NCBI GenBank assembly: GCA_050700355.1
Contig: JBOHHE010000057.1
Span: 24,163 to 88,162, forward strand
DNA from: Pseudonocardiaceae bacterium
GTDB taxonomy: Bacteria; Actinomycetota; Actinomycetes; Mycobacteriales; Pseudonocardiaceae
Reading direction: 5' to 3'
DNA: 64,000 bases
The position numbers were made by a program, and so were the translations under genes. Shown piece by piece: positions 10,652 to 22,041 of the stretch; position 1 is the stretch's first letter; the number at the start of each line of letters is the position of its first letter. Under the pieces are notes generated by a model, which worked only from the letters and a program-made list of their open reading frames with translations, ran no database searches and was not told the origin of the DNA.

Positions 10652-11800
10652 CTACCAGGTCACCGGGAGTGCGTCAAGGCCGCCGGTGAGCAGGTGGCTG
10701 CGGGGTCGCAATTCCTCGAGCGGCACCGCGAGTTCCAAGGTAGGGAAGCGGGTGAACAGAGCACCGAACAGAACTTGTAGCTCCATCCGGGCCAGCGGGG
10801 CACCGACGCAGAAGCGCGCGCCGTGCCCGAAGGTCAGATGGGGATTCTCCGCGCGAGTCACGTCGAATTCCTGGGGGGTATCGAAGACGTTTTCGTCATG
10901 GTTGGCATCCTGCAGCTCGAGCAGCACCAGATCCCCGGCGGGGATGGTGATGCCGTCGATAACAACGTCGGCGTTGGTCCAGCGCGGCAGTCCGGTAGCC
11001 CGGCCGGTATCCGGGTTCGGTACCGGGACGGGGAACCGCAGGATCTCCTCAACCATGGTGGGTACGAGCGTCGGGTCTCGTTGCAGCGCCGCACGCTGCG
11101 CGGGGTGGGTGAGCAGCAGCAGGACGCCCTTGTCGATCGCGGCGACCGTCGTCTCGTGGCCGGCGAACAGCAGTCCAGCGCCCAACTCCGCCACCTGATC
11201 AAGCGTGATTGCCGCAGGATTCTCGCGGTGGGTGGCGGCCAGGTCGGACAGCACGTCCTCGGCGGGCTGCGCCAGCTTTTTCTGCACGAGCTGCCCGATG
11301 TACTGCCACAGTGCCCCGAGTCCAGCCAGGGAGCGGGCTCGATCGGTGATGTCGCCGGCATCGTCGGACCAGCGGCGAAAGTTCTCGCGGTCCGCGTAGG
11401 GAACGCCGAGCAATTCGCAGATGACCAACGCGGGCAAGGGGAACGATATGGCGTCGTGGAGGTCCACCGGCGGAGTCTTGCTGCCGAGCTCGTCGAGCAG
11501 GCCGTCGACCAGCTCCTGCACCCGCGGTCGCAGGGTGGCCAGCCGCCGGGCGGAGAACGACCGGCCGAGCAGGCGTCGCATATACGCGTGCTCTTCCCGC
11601 TCGGTCGCCGAGGACTGCCTGGGCTTGCCGAAGATGACCGACTCGGAATAGTGCGAGGCGTGCTCGGGATCGGGATGGGTCGTGCCCAGCCGAGGATCGA
11701 CGAGCAACCGCCTGATGGTCTCGTATCCGGTCACCAGCCACGCCGGATCTCCAGCGTGTGAGGTCACCCGCTGCACCGTTGCACTCATCGTCGCCTCCAC
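10652..11800 (-). CDS. cytochrome P450
   Basis: Heme-binding loop FGHGARFCVGAPLA, the EEILRF (ExxR) motif and the AGHETT I-helix motif. Confidence 0.9.
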   Translation of the reverse strand: MEATMSATVQRVTSHAGDPAWLVTGYETIRRLLVDPRLGTTHPDPEHASHYSESVIFGKPRQSSATEREEHAYMRRLLGRSFSARRLATLRPRVQELVDGLLDELGSKTPPVDLHDAISFPLPALVICELLGVPYADRENFRRWSDDAGDITDRARSLAGLGALWQYIGQLVQKKLAQPAEDVLSDLAATHRENPAAITLDQVAELGAGLLFAGHETTVAAIDKGVLLLLTHPAQRAALQRDPTLVPTMVEEILRFPVPVPNPDTGRATGLPRWTNADVVIDGITIPAGDLVLLELQDANHDENVFDTPQEFDVTRAENPHLTFGHGARFCVGAPLARMELQVLFGALFTRFPTLELAVPLEELRPRSHLLTGGLDALPVTW

Positions 11801-12024
11801 GAACGTCGCTTCCCAGGCTACCTACGCAGCAGGTCGACCGGGTCTGACCAGGCATCGGCTGACGGCACTTGCCCGGTGGGCGATCGTAAGGTAACGATAT
11901 GTACATGCAGCGTCCCCTGCTCGAGCAGTTCTGGCCGAGTAGGCGCATGGCAGCCTTTGACGAGCTGTGTAGCAGGGCCGCGCGTCGGCGCATGGCCTGA
12001 GCCCGCCTCGCGCGGCCGCTCCCG

Positions 12025-12549
12025 GTGCCCGTCCGTATCACAAACACACCAGGAGTCTGCGTGTCCGTCACTGATGAACTACTCGCCAACAACTCCCGCT
12101 ACGTCGAGACCTTCGGTGGTGCATTGCCGCTGCCACCTGCCAAGGGCGTAGCTGTCGTCGCTTGCATGGATGCTCGGCTGGACGTTTACCGCATCCTCGG
12201 CCTGAATGAGGGCGAAGCGCACGTTATTCGTAACGCCGGCGGCGTGGTCACCGACGATGAGATCCGCTCGCTGGCGATCAGCCAGCGGCTGCTCGCCACG
12301 AAGGAGATCATCCTCATTCACCACACCGATTGCGGAATGCTCACCTTCACTGACGACCAGTTCAAGAAATCCATCCAGGACGAGCTCGGGATCAAGCCGA
12401 CGTGGTCCGCTGAAGCATTCCCGAACCTCGAAGAGGATGTCCAGCAGTCCATCGCTCGGATCAAGGCCAGCCCGTTCATCCCGAGGAAGGACGCCATCCG
12501 CGGCTTCGTCTTCGACATCGCGACCGGCAAGCTCAACGAGGTCATCTGA
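12025..12549 (+). CDS. beta-class carbonic anhydrase
   Basis: Zinc-ligand motifs CMDARL and HTDCGM. GTG start. Confidence 0.9.
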   Translation: MPVRITNTPGVCVSVTDELLANNSRYVETFGGALPLPPAKGVAVVACMDARLDVYRILGLNEGEAHVIRNAGGVVTDDEIRSLAISQRLLATKEIILIHHTDCGMLTFTDDQFKKSIQDELGIKPTWSAEAFPNLEEDVQQSIARIKASPFIPRKDAIRGFVFDIATGKLNEVI

Positions 12550-12608
12550 GCACTCCGAGGTTGAGTGCCCTTCAAGGACTACCAACCCACATCTAGGACG
12601 TCGCAAGC

Positions 12609-12646
12609 GGCAGCCCACCCCCTGGCGAGTCAGGGGGTGGGCTGCC
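12609..12646 (+). terminator. perfect 16-bp-stem hairpin downstream of the carbonic anhydrase gene
   Basis: ggcagcccaccccctg / gcgagt / cagggggtgggctgcc. There is no T-tract, as is common in actinomycetes. Confidence 0.5.
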
Positions 12647-12953
12647 GTCATGAGCAGTGACCCAACGACGGCCCAACCATCATGCCAGTAGAGTTCCCGG
12701 CTTCTCGACAGATCTGCGGCATCGTGGTCGGCGTCGGTCCGGACGCAGCATCTGGTGGATCAACCACTGGGTCGTCCACCCGAACGGTGGTCGCGTAGGT
12801 TGCGCTCCGCGCGTGTATCGAACCACCCTGCTACCCCGAAGCCTCCAACGTTCGGGATACTACTCGCCGATCCAGCTCGACCCCGCGTTGCGGCTACGAC
12901 TACGCTAGCGATAAGGACCACAAATATATCCACCTCGTCAAGAGGAGACTGCT

Positions 12954-13925
12954 GTGCTTCCTGTAATGATTCTATGCGGCGGCTTATCGTTTGAACGTGA
13001 AGTATCGCTATCATCAGGACGCCGAGCCTGCCAGGCGCTGAAAAGTGAGGGGGTTGATGCCCTCACCATCGACACAGATCAGCACCTCCTATTACGCCTA
13101 GAACGAGACCCACCTTCAGCGGTAATCAACTTGCTGCACGGTCAGCGTGGCGAAGACGGCGCAATTTCAGAAGTTCTTGAGATGGCCGCAGTACCCTACG
13201 TCGGGCCACAACCACATGCCGCTCGGCTCGCCTTTGACAAGCCGACAGCGAAGGAACTGGTACGCCGAGCCGGACTCCGAACACCGAATTTCTGTGTATT
13301 GCCCCTCGGTACCTTTCAAGAACTGGGCGCCGACGGAATAACTAGCGCGCTTGCCGCGAGATTCGGCCTTCCACTGGTCGTGAAGCCGGCCTGCGGCGGA
13401 TCCGCGCTCGGGGTCACCATTGTCCGCGAACGCCGAGATCTTCCGGCCGCCATGGTCCAATGCTTCGCTTATTCGGACACGGCATTGATAGAGCAGTATA
13501 TCGATGGAACCGAAATTGCAATAACAATTATCGAAGAAGCGACCGGCATCACCGCACTTCCAGTAGTAGAGATCGCCTACAGAACAAACCGCTGCGACTA
13601 CGAAGCTCGGTATACAGCCGGGCAGGTAGATTTCACCGTACCAAGTAACTTGTCCCCCGCTGTCCAAACTCGAGCCACCGATGCGGCCGTAGCGATACAC
13701 CAAGAGCTCCGGCTTCGTGACTTGTCACGGGTAGACATGATCGTCGATGCCTCGGGAACACCGAACTTTCTGGAGGTAACCTGTTGCCCGGGTCTGACCG
13801 AAACCAGCGTGGTGCCTATTGCAATCGAAGCAAGCGGGCGAACTCTCGGTGGAATCCTAACGAAGATTGTCGCCCGCGCAATGGGCAGGTTCAGCGCGCC
13901 CGAGCATGCCCTGGTTCATGAGTAA
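12954..13925 (+). CDS. D-alanine--D-alanine ligase family ATP-grasp enzyme (paralogue A)
   Basis: GTG start preceded by agaggaga. N-terminus ILCGGLSFEREVSLSSG and an ATP-grasp body. Lower GC than the backbone. Confidence 0.8.
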   Translation: MLPVMILCGGLSFEREVSLSSGRRACQALKSEGVDALTIDTDQHLLLRLERDPPSAVINLLHGQRGEDGAISEVLEMAAVPYVGPQPHAARLAFDKPTAKELVRRAGLRTPNFCVLPLGTFQELGADGITSALAARFGLPLVVKPACGGSALGVTIVRERRDLPAAMVQCFAYSDTALIEQYIDGTEIAITIIEEATGITALPVVEIAYRTNRCDYEARYTAGQVDFTVPSNLSPAVQTRATDAAVAIHQELRLRDLSRVDMIVDASGTPNFLEVTCCPGLTETSVVPIAIEASGRTLGGILTKIVARAMGRFSAPEHALVHE

Positions 13926-13942
13926 CTTCATCGTATGCGGGG

Positions 13943-15046
13943 CTACGCCAACTTCTTGGCGATGGCGCCAGCGGTGCGAAGAGCCAAGCCATCTGCGCCA
14001 GCGGTGGCCGCAGCATAGCTCGGATATTTGACAGCTTCCTCGAGCATATCATCCAGCAACGCTTCGTGCGTGACCGAAGACGCTCGCCACAGATAGAGCG
14101 ACATTGCCCCAGGAATTGTGTTGATCTCATTGACCCACAACTGGTCTCCATCCAGAAGGTAGTCTATCCGGGCGACACCCCGAACCTGAACGAGGGAAGA
14201 CACCGCCAAAGCGTAACGGCGTAGACGTTCTTCGATATCTGGAGCAAGTATGGCCGGCAGCTCGCGAGGAGCACCGGTCAAACCCCCGCCGCTCAGGTAC
14301 TTATCCTCATAAGTGTAGAACTCGGCAGCTGAATCACGGACCGGCCGTTCTATCTCGGACAGAGCCGGGGAGCCGTGCCCGCGGACAGAGATATTAAGGT
14401 CGATAGAATTCGGTAGATAGGGTTCGACCACCGCTCCCAACCGAAGGTGCGGAGAGCTGTCAAGCAAAGAAAGTGCTGTTTCGATTCCATCCACCACAGA
14501 TATGCCAATAGATGATCCACCATATCTCGGCTTTACCAGCCAGGGGGCAGGAAAATCAGGCGCCGGCCCGTCCTCTAAGAGCGCGAACCGCGGTAAAGTC
14601 GGTATCCCCGCGGCGGCCAAAACACCTCCGAAGGCCAACTTATCCATTCCTAGTGCTGCGGATCGTACCGTCGGGCCGGTATACTTCACGCCCGCGAGAT
14701 CGAGCACGCTTTGCAGGCGGCCGTCTTCTCCGGGGCCCCCGTGACAGCAGTTCACCGCAACGTCGAAGTGCAAATTTCGAAGCCGACCCAATGCTCGCCG
14801 CTCCGCGAACCCGTTGCCCATCCCGGTAACCAGCACTACGGCGCGGGAGTCCGAAGGTACTCCGTTTACGAATGCCTCCGCCTCTAAATCCGGCGCCACC
14901 AGATGCCAGTTTCCGCTCTTGGTCCAGTAGAGTGCCGCCACGTCGTGGCCGCCGCTGGAGAGCACCCGGCACACCTGCAAACCGGTGAGAATACTGACGT
15001 CGTGTTCCGGCGACGGACCTCCGAAGAGGACGCATGTACTAACCAC
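13943..15046 (-). CDS. D-alanine--D-alanine ligase family ATP-grasp enzyme (paralogue B)
   Basis: VLFGGPSPEHDVSILTG N-terminus and NEINTIPG C-terminal motif. Last gene of the minus-strand operon. Confidence 0.85.
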   Translation of the reverse strand: MVSTCVLFGGPSPEHDVSILTGLQVCRVLSSGGHDVAALYWTKSGNWHLVAPDLEAEAFVNGVPSDSRAVVLVTGMGNGFAERRALGRLRNLHFDVAVNCCHGGPGEDGRLQSVLDLAGVKYTGPTVRSAALGMDKLAFGGVLAAAGIPTLPRFALLEDGPAPDFPAPWLVKPRYGGSSIGISVVDGIETALSLLDSSPHLRLGAVVEPYLPNSIDLNISVRGHGSPALSEIERPVRDSAAEFYTYEDKYLSGGGLTGAPRELPAILAPDIEERLRRYALAVSSLVQVRGVARIDYLLDGDQLWVNEINTIPGAMSLYLWRASSVTHEALLDDMLEEAVKYPSYAAATAGADGLALRTAGAIAKKLA

Positions 15047-15074
15047 AGTCGCACGCCTTTCTGTTCACCTGGAC

Positions 15075-16601
15075 TCACGGATAGTGGTCCGGCAAATCAT
15101 TTTCGTACAGCACAACATCATTTTCGGTGAGGTTCTCACGAACCCATCGGACGGCGTCATCCCTGGTCGGCACCAACCGGACGGTCGCACTGCCACCTCG
15201 ACTACCGCTCCGCATCGCGGATAGATTGGTTCGCCCGACGATAAAGATATCGGTTGCATCCGTTGCCGCATTTCGGGCGAACCTCTCATTTTCCTTGTAC
15301 TGCTCATTTCCCAACTCTATCATCCCTGGTGAAACAACCACGCGGCGACCGCCGTTAGAAATCCGCGAGAGAAGCCTCAACGCGCTCGCCGCTCCGGCTG
15401 GATTCGAATTGTAAGTATCGTCGATGACTCGTACTCCATGGGATGTCGTCACAACCTGCTGACGATGAGCAGGGGTTGGTAAAGATTCCAGCCGATTCAG
15501 TATGTGCTCTATCGCAACATCAAGCGCCAAGGCCACCGAAATCGCCGCCGCAACATTGTTTGCGAATACTCCAGGATTCCGCACCACCCCGACCTGTTCA
15601 CCGGAAACATAGACGGCAAGTTGGCCATCAAATGGGACTACGGCGACATCATTACCGTCCTTGACGCTACCACAACGCATCACAGATTTGCCGGAGGCCA
15701 TCTTTTTAGCCATGCTTTTCAGATGGGGTGAATCGGTGCTCAATATGGCCAGATCGACCTTCTCCAGCAGTTCGGCCTTGGCTTCAGCTATGTTGTCCAA
15801 GGAGCCCATACGTTCCATGTGAACAGCATCAATAGCGGTAATCACACCAATGTTCGGCCGCAACCAGCCGCAGATGTCTCTGATTTCGCCTTTGCCATAA
15901 GTACCGACCTCGGCCACGAGCACTTCGGTACCTTCCGCCAGATGCTCGTTGATAGTTCGGCAAAGTCCGGCTGTGTTATTGAAACTTGCCGGACTTGCCA
16001 CAACTACGCGCACACCCGAGACCAGGTGCCTTACATACTCCTTGGTCGTGGTCTTTCCGTAGGAGCCGGTGATCGCAACAACTACTGGACCGACAGCTGT
16101 GAGCCGCTTGCTCGCTGCATCGACATAGCGCCGGGCGAGGCGGCTCTCAACGGGCCGTGTGATCACCAGGGCCAAATCCACGAAAACAGGGATCAGCACC
16201 GCTGAGAAAGCCAACGGGGCAACGCTGGTGAGAATTACTAAGCCAAGCACCGAGATAATTGCAACCATCGAGCCCGTGACCAGGGCGAGGAACTTGAGCC
16301 GTCGAGTCCAGACCAGGCGCGCCGAACGCCCTCGTACCGTGAGACCGAGTGGACCCAAGCCGAGTATTATTCCAGTAATACAGGCAGCCAGCGGAAACCA
16401 GGCCGATACGATGGCGCCAAGAACTGCACCGACAACCATTGCTATATTTATCGGACGGTGCAGCCACCAGCGCATGACGAATCGCGTGGTAGATCCAGGT
16501 ATGTAATGTTCCCGTTGGGCGATTCTCAGCCACCGTAAGAGGGCGAGCGCCGCGCCGGCCAAGGCGAGAACCACGGAGAAGACGATTATTGCCACAGTCA
16601 T
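15075..16601 (-). CDS. MurF-like Mur ligase with N-terminal multi-pass membrane domain
   Basis: P-loop ITGSYGKTTTKEY plus MurF-type DDTYNSNP and SPGMIELG motifs. The first ~165 aa form 4-5 hydrophobic helices where the UDP-binding domain would normally sit. Confidence 0.8.
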   Translation of the reverse strand: MTVAIIVFSVVLALAGAALALLRWLRIAQREHYIPGSTTRFVMRWWLHRPINIAMVVGAVLGAIVSAWFPLAACITGIILGLGPLGLTVRGRSARLVWTRRLKFLALVTGSMVAIISVLGLVILTSVAPLAFSAVLIPVFVDLALVITRPVESRLARRYVDAASKRLTAVGPVVVAITGSYGKTTTKEYVRHLVSGVRVVVASPASFNNTAGLCRTINEHLAEGTEVLVAEVGTYGKGEIRDICGWLRPNIGVITAIDAVHMERMGSLDNIAEAKAELLEKVDLAILSTDSPHLKSMAKKMASGKSVMRCGSVKDGNDVAVVPFDGQLAVYVSGEQVGVVRNPGVFANNVAAAISVALALDVAIEHILNRLESLPTPAHRQQVVTTSHGVRVIDDTYNSNPAGAASALRLLSRISNGGRRVVVSPGMIELGNEQYKENERFARNAATDATDIFIVGRTNLSAMRSGSRGGSATVRLVPTRDDAVRWVRENLTENDVVLYENDLPDHYP

Positions 16602-17380
16602 GTGTTACCCGGGCTTTCCAGCTTATCGATTGCGGCGCGAAGGTGTTCGGGTGCGGAAATGGGGAGCAGGTGTCCGATCTCCGGCAGAATCATGAGGTCG
16701 GCCCGCGAGATGATTTCTGCCGCCGTCTGCGCCATCTCTGGTGAAGCCTCCGCATCAGCGGAGCCCCAGACCATCTGCACAGGGCATCGAAGTTTGCGGA
16801 GGTCTTGTTCGTAATCTTCATTGACAACCCGGACCATGATAGAACGCATAACACCCTCGGCGGCCCGGTAGTCGGTCGATCCGTATCTATTTCGTACTCG
16901 ATTGAGCAGACCGTCGCTTACCAAGTTCCACCGACGGAGCGCACGGCCGAGCCGCACCGGCAGCGGAGGAGCTGGCCGAGCAGATTTTCGGCGCAACAAT
17001 GGCACCCCGGTGAGAACGAGCCCGCTTACACGATCCGGGAAATGAGCCCCCAGGCGGAGGGCGACCCTTCCGCCAAAGGAGTGACCCACTACAATCGGAG
17101 GATGCGGACATTCGTCTAGCACAGGAATGAGATGCTCGGCGTACTCCATGGTGCCCCAAATTTCACCGGGGGCGGGAGACAATCCGAATCCTGGCAGGTC
17201 GACCGCCAGGGCATCCAAGCCGGCAAGTGTCGCCGTGAAGTCTTGCCGATTCCGACCCCAACCGTGAAGTGCAATAACCGTAGGTGGCCCGGTACCGAAC
17301 CGCTCGGCGAATAACCGACCTGCCGAGTACGTGGTGAGCATCACTTTCTCCGTCGCGGGGTGACACACATTTATCTTCAC
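16598..17380 (-). CDS. alpha/beta-fold hydrolase
   Basis: HGWG oxyanion motif and GHSFGG nucleophile elbow. Its stop overlaps the MurF-like start by 4 nt. Confidence 0.8.
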   Translation of the reverse strand: MKINVCHPATEKVMLTTYSAGRLFAERFGTGPPTVIALHGWGRNRQDFTATLAGLDALAVDLPGFGLSPAPGEIWGTMEYAEHLIPVLDECPHPPIVVGHSFGGRVALRLGAHFPDRVSGLVLTGVPLLRRKSARPAPPLPVRLGRALRRWNLVSDGLLNRVRNRYGSTDYRAAEGVMRSIMVRVVNEDYEQDLRKLRCPVQMVWGSADAEASPEMAQTAAEIISRADLMILPEIGHLLPISAPEHLRAAIDKLESPGNT

Positions 17381-17549
17381 ACTGCGAAACTCAGCGGCCC
17401 ACGGCTCCTGTCCGGCCGTAGGCTGTGAAGTCTACTGGCCGCCACTCGGGCTACGCAGCCGGGCACAAGTGCGGCGACGGAGATCTTGGGGTTACTCACG
17501 ACGTACCACGTAGAGACGTTTGGTGAGGGTTGGTACATGAGGGCGATGA

Positions 17550-18491
17550 CTATTCTTGCAGGGCTCGGACCACCCGGGATGGTGCGGGCCTGCCCAGCTT
17601 CCCGGCCATCCACACGCTGGTCCGAACCAGAGCATCCAGATCTACTCCGTGCGCGATACCGAGCCCGTCCAACATCCACACCAGGTCCTCGGTGGCGAGA
17701 TTGCCGGTAGCCGATTCGGCATAGGGGCAACCGCCCAGTCCACCGGCGGAGGCATCCACACAAGTCACTCCGGCACGCAGGGCGGTGAGCGTGTTGGATA
17801 GGGCCTGACCGTAGGTGTCGTGGAAGTGCACGGCGAGTACATCAGCCCCGACACCAGCCCGGCGAAACCCGGAAAGCAGCGCGGCGACATGGCCCGGAGT
17901 GGCCACCCCGATGGTGTCCCCCAGCGAAAGCTCCGAACACCCCATGTCCAGCAGCCTGCGACCGACGGCGACGACCTGATGTACCGGCACAGCACCCTCC
18001 CATGGATCACCGAAGCACATCGAGAGGTATCCCCGCACGGCGAGCCCGGCAGCCCGAGCCCGGGCCACCACCGGGAAGAGCATCACGAACTGCTCGTCCA
18101 GACCCCGATTGAGGTTGCGCTGGGCGAAGCTCTCGGTGGCCGAGGCAAAGACCGCGATCTCGGCGATGCCGGCCGCCAGCGCCCGGTCCAACCCGCGCTC
18201 GTTGGGCACCAGCACGGGGTAGCGCACCCCCTCTCGGCGCACCAGCAACTGGAGCAACTCCGCGGCGTCGGCCAGTTGCGGCACCCAGCGTGGATGCACG
18301 AAGCTGGTGGCCTCCAAGACCGTCAACCCAGCCCCGGCCAGCCGGTCCAGAAATTCGGCCTTGACCTCGACAGGCACCAGCGAGGTCTCGTTCTGCAAGC
18401 CGTCGCGAGCCCCGACCTCCCAGATCCGCACCCGCTCGGGCAGCCCGTCGCTGCGGTGGAGGTGGGGCAGTCCGGTCGGTCTGGCCGCCAT
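17550..18491 (-). CDS. hydroxymethylglutaryl-CoA lyase
   Basis: EVGARDGLQNE motif and a DRE-TIM fold pattern through to ...GGCPYA. Confidence 0.9.
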   Translation of the reverse strand: MAARPTGLPHLHRSDGLPERVRIWEVGARDGLQNETSLVPVEVKAEFLDRLAGAGLTVLEATSFVHPRWVPQLADAAELLQLLVRREGVRYPVLVPNERGLDRALAAGIAEIAVFASATESFAQRNLNRGLDEQFVMLFPVVARARAAGLAVRGYLSMCFGDPWEGAVPVHQVVAVGRRLLDMGCSELSLGDTIGVATPGHVAALLSGFRRAGVGADVLAVHFHDTYGQALSNTLTALRAGVTCVDASAGGLGGCPYAESATGNLATEDLVWMLDGLGIAHGVDLDALVRTSVWMAGKLGRPAPSRVVRALQE

Positions 18492-18527
18492 CCCGTTAGC
18501 CTGTCACACCTCGCTGCCGGTCAGGTC

Positions 18528-19034
18528 TCAGTGCCGGTCAGCCACGTCGGATTCGCCCGGATCCAGGTCGTATTGAAGCAGTGAATGCACCCGCTCGACC
18601 TGTGGAATGTCGTCGAACTCCAGCGGTTCGTCGGAGGCCGACTCAATGCTCAGCGTGCCGCAACCCAGCAGTCGCTCGACGACGGTGTACCGGAACTGCA
18701 CGCTGTTGATCCGGTGGACCGGGATATCGATGCCGCTGCGCGACAGGATGCCCTCCCGGACCAGCACCCGCCTGGTGGTGAGCACGAAATGCGTGGTGCG
18801 CCAGCGCAGCAGCGGCACCAACGTCAACCACACCGCTCCGGCACCGCCAAGGCCTACCAGCACGATCCAGGCATAGAGCTCCCAGGACTGCCCGGCGGCC
18901 AGCGCGGCGAGATAGGCGCACAGAGCCACGATGAGCAGGAAGGTCAGCACCGGCACAACCAGCATCTTCCAATGTGGGTGCTTATGGATCACTACCCGCT
19001 CGTCGGATCTCAACAGCTCATCCGGGTACGCCAC
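18528..19034 (-). CDS. membrane protein with bacterial PH (bPH_2) domain
   Basis: Two TM helices followed by the pattern THFVLTTRRVLVREGILSR...I. The slot is syntenic with Rv3278c (from memory). Confidence 0.75.
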   Translation of the reverse strand: MAYPDELLRSDERVVIHKHPHWKMLVVPVLTFLLIVALCAYLAALAAGQSWELYAWIVLVGLGGAGAVWLTLVPLLRWRTTHFVLTTRRVLVREGILSRSGIDIPVHRINSVQFRYTVVERLLGCGTLSIESASDEPLEFDDIPQVERVHSLLQYDLDPGESDVADRH

Positions 19035-19112
19035 CGCTCCTCCTCCTGACCGCAGGCGCGAGCACGGTACCGCTGCGCGGGCAACCCAGGCGATCGCCGG
19101 AGCCGGAGAAGA

Positions 19113-19931
19113 TCAGCCCACCCGAACATGCGTGACGTCGCCGGCTGCCAGCGCACGGAGTCGCCCATCCGACAACACCATCAGGCGACCCTCGCTGTCC
19201 AGATCCACCGCGCTGCCGGTGAGCGCGGATTGCCCCGGCAACTCGACCCGGACCTGTTTGCCCAGGGTCGCGCAACAGTGCCGATATGCCTCTCGTAGCC
19301 CGGTGGCGTCCGGATCACCCCCGTGCCCGCACCACCCCAGTACCGCTCGGTCCAGCTCATGCAGCAGAGCTCGCAGCAGCAGCTCACGATCAGTACAGGC
19401 GGCTTGCTCCAGTGCCAACGAGGTGGCACCGGGCACCGGCAGTTCATCGGGTTGCACTGTCACGTTGAGCCCGATACCGATCACCACGGCGGGCCCGGGG
19501 ACCACTTCGACGAGGATTCCGGCAGCCTTCCGCCCGTCCGCGCCGAGCAGCAAATCGTTCGGCCACTTCAGCGCGGCCGGAATGGCGGCCAGCTCGGTGA
19601 CGATCCGGCACAGTGCGACGCCTGCCAACAGCGGCAGCCAGCCCCACCGGGCCTGCGGTACCTCGCGCGGCCGCAGCAGCACGGACAACGCCAGCCCGGA
19701 TCGGGCTGGCGCGACCCACCGGCGATTCACCCGCCCGCGTCCGGCGCTCTGGTGCTCACCGATGAGTACCGTGCGATCGTGTGCCCCGGCTCGCGCGGCG
19801 GCAACCAGCGCGGCGTTCGTCGAAGGCAGCGAAGCGACGACGTCCAGCGCGGCATATGGCCCGGCCGGGACCACCAACGCCCGGCGCAGCACGTCCGCGC
19901 GGAGCGGGGGCCGATCAAGAGCGGACAACAC
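19113..19931 (-). CDS. birA: biotin--[acetyl-CoA-carboxylase] ligase (group I, no DNA-binding domain)
   Basis: GEHQSAGRGRVNRRW (GRGRxGRxW-type) and KWPNDLL motifs. Confidence 0.85.
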   Translation of the reverse strand: MLSALDRPPLRADVLRRALVVPAGPYAALDVVASLPSTNAALVAAARAGAHDRTVLIGEHQSAGRGRVNRRWVAPARSGLALSVLLRPREVPQARWGWLPLLAGVALCRIVTELAAIPAALKWPNDLLLGADGRKAAGILVEVVPGPAVVIGIGLNVTVQPDELPVPGATSLALEQAACTDRELLLRALLHELDRAVLGWCGHGGDPDATGLREAYRHCCATLGKQVRVELPGQSALTGSAVDLDSEGRLMVLSDGRLRALAAGDVTHVRVG

Positions 19932-20029
19932 AGAGCAACGCTAACGCCTGCCCGTAGCGCCTGCGCGAATCGTCACACTCCTGTCCCGGGCAGCGACGTT
20001 TCTTAAGGACGCTCCTAGGGTGTTCCACC

Positions 20030-21660
<1,631 letters not shown>

Positions 21661-21664
<4 letters not shown>

Positions 21665-21900
21665 GCGGCGATACGAGTCCTAGTTCACCTCCGCATTCAC
21701 GGGTTATCCACATCGTGCGGGGTGATCCCTCGGACGAGGAGGTCGCCGCGCTGACCACAGTGATCGTCAGCTTGGGCAGCAGGAGGTCGGCGCGCATCCG
21801 ATCGCCCGAAACTGGCCAGCGCTCGGCCTGGGCACACCCGCTGCATGCTTCCCTGCATCCCGGCCCCGGCGCCTGGCGGACCTCAGCGCTGCCACGCTAA
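21661..21900 (+). CDS. accE5: acyl-CoA carboxylase epsilon subunit
   Basis: In-frame TTG start overlaps the accD5 stop. The [19 protein letters not shown] motif is typical of AccE. Confidence 0.65.
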
Positions 21901-22041
21901 TTCACGTTCTGCACGGCAATGCACCCGCACGGTACCCAGAACGCCGCCAAGCACAACGCCGCCAAGCACATAGTGGCCCGGCAGCTCATCTTTCCGAGCT
22001 CGGCAGCTGGAGCTTGCGGCGGGTCCGTACAGTGCGGTGCC

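Noticed and set aside
12760-12860. Possible tRNA fragment or att site (tcgaaccacc) at the left edge of the low-GC island
   Set aside because: I could not fold any cloverleaf arm, and no integrase is nearby. Only short 5-bp hairpins are present.
12954-15046. Interpreting the two Ddl paralogues as a VanA/VanB-type glycopeptide-resistance locus
   Set aside because: No vanH (D-lactate dehydrogenase), vanX (D,D-dipeptidase) or vanRS genes are adjacent. D-Ala-D-Lac specificity cannot be judged without an alignment.
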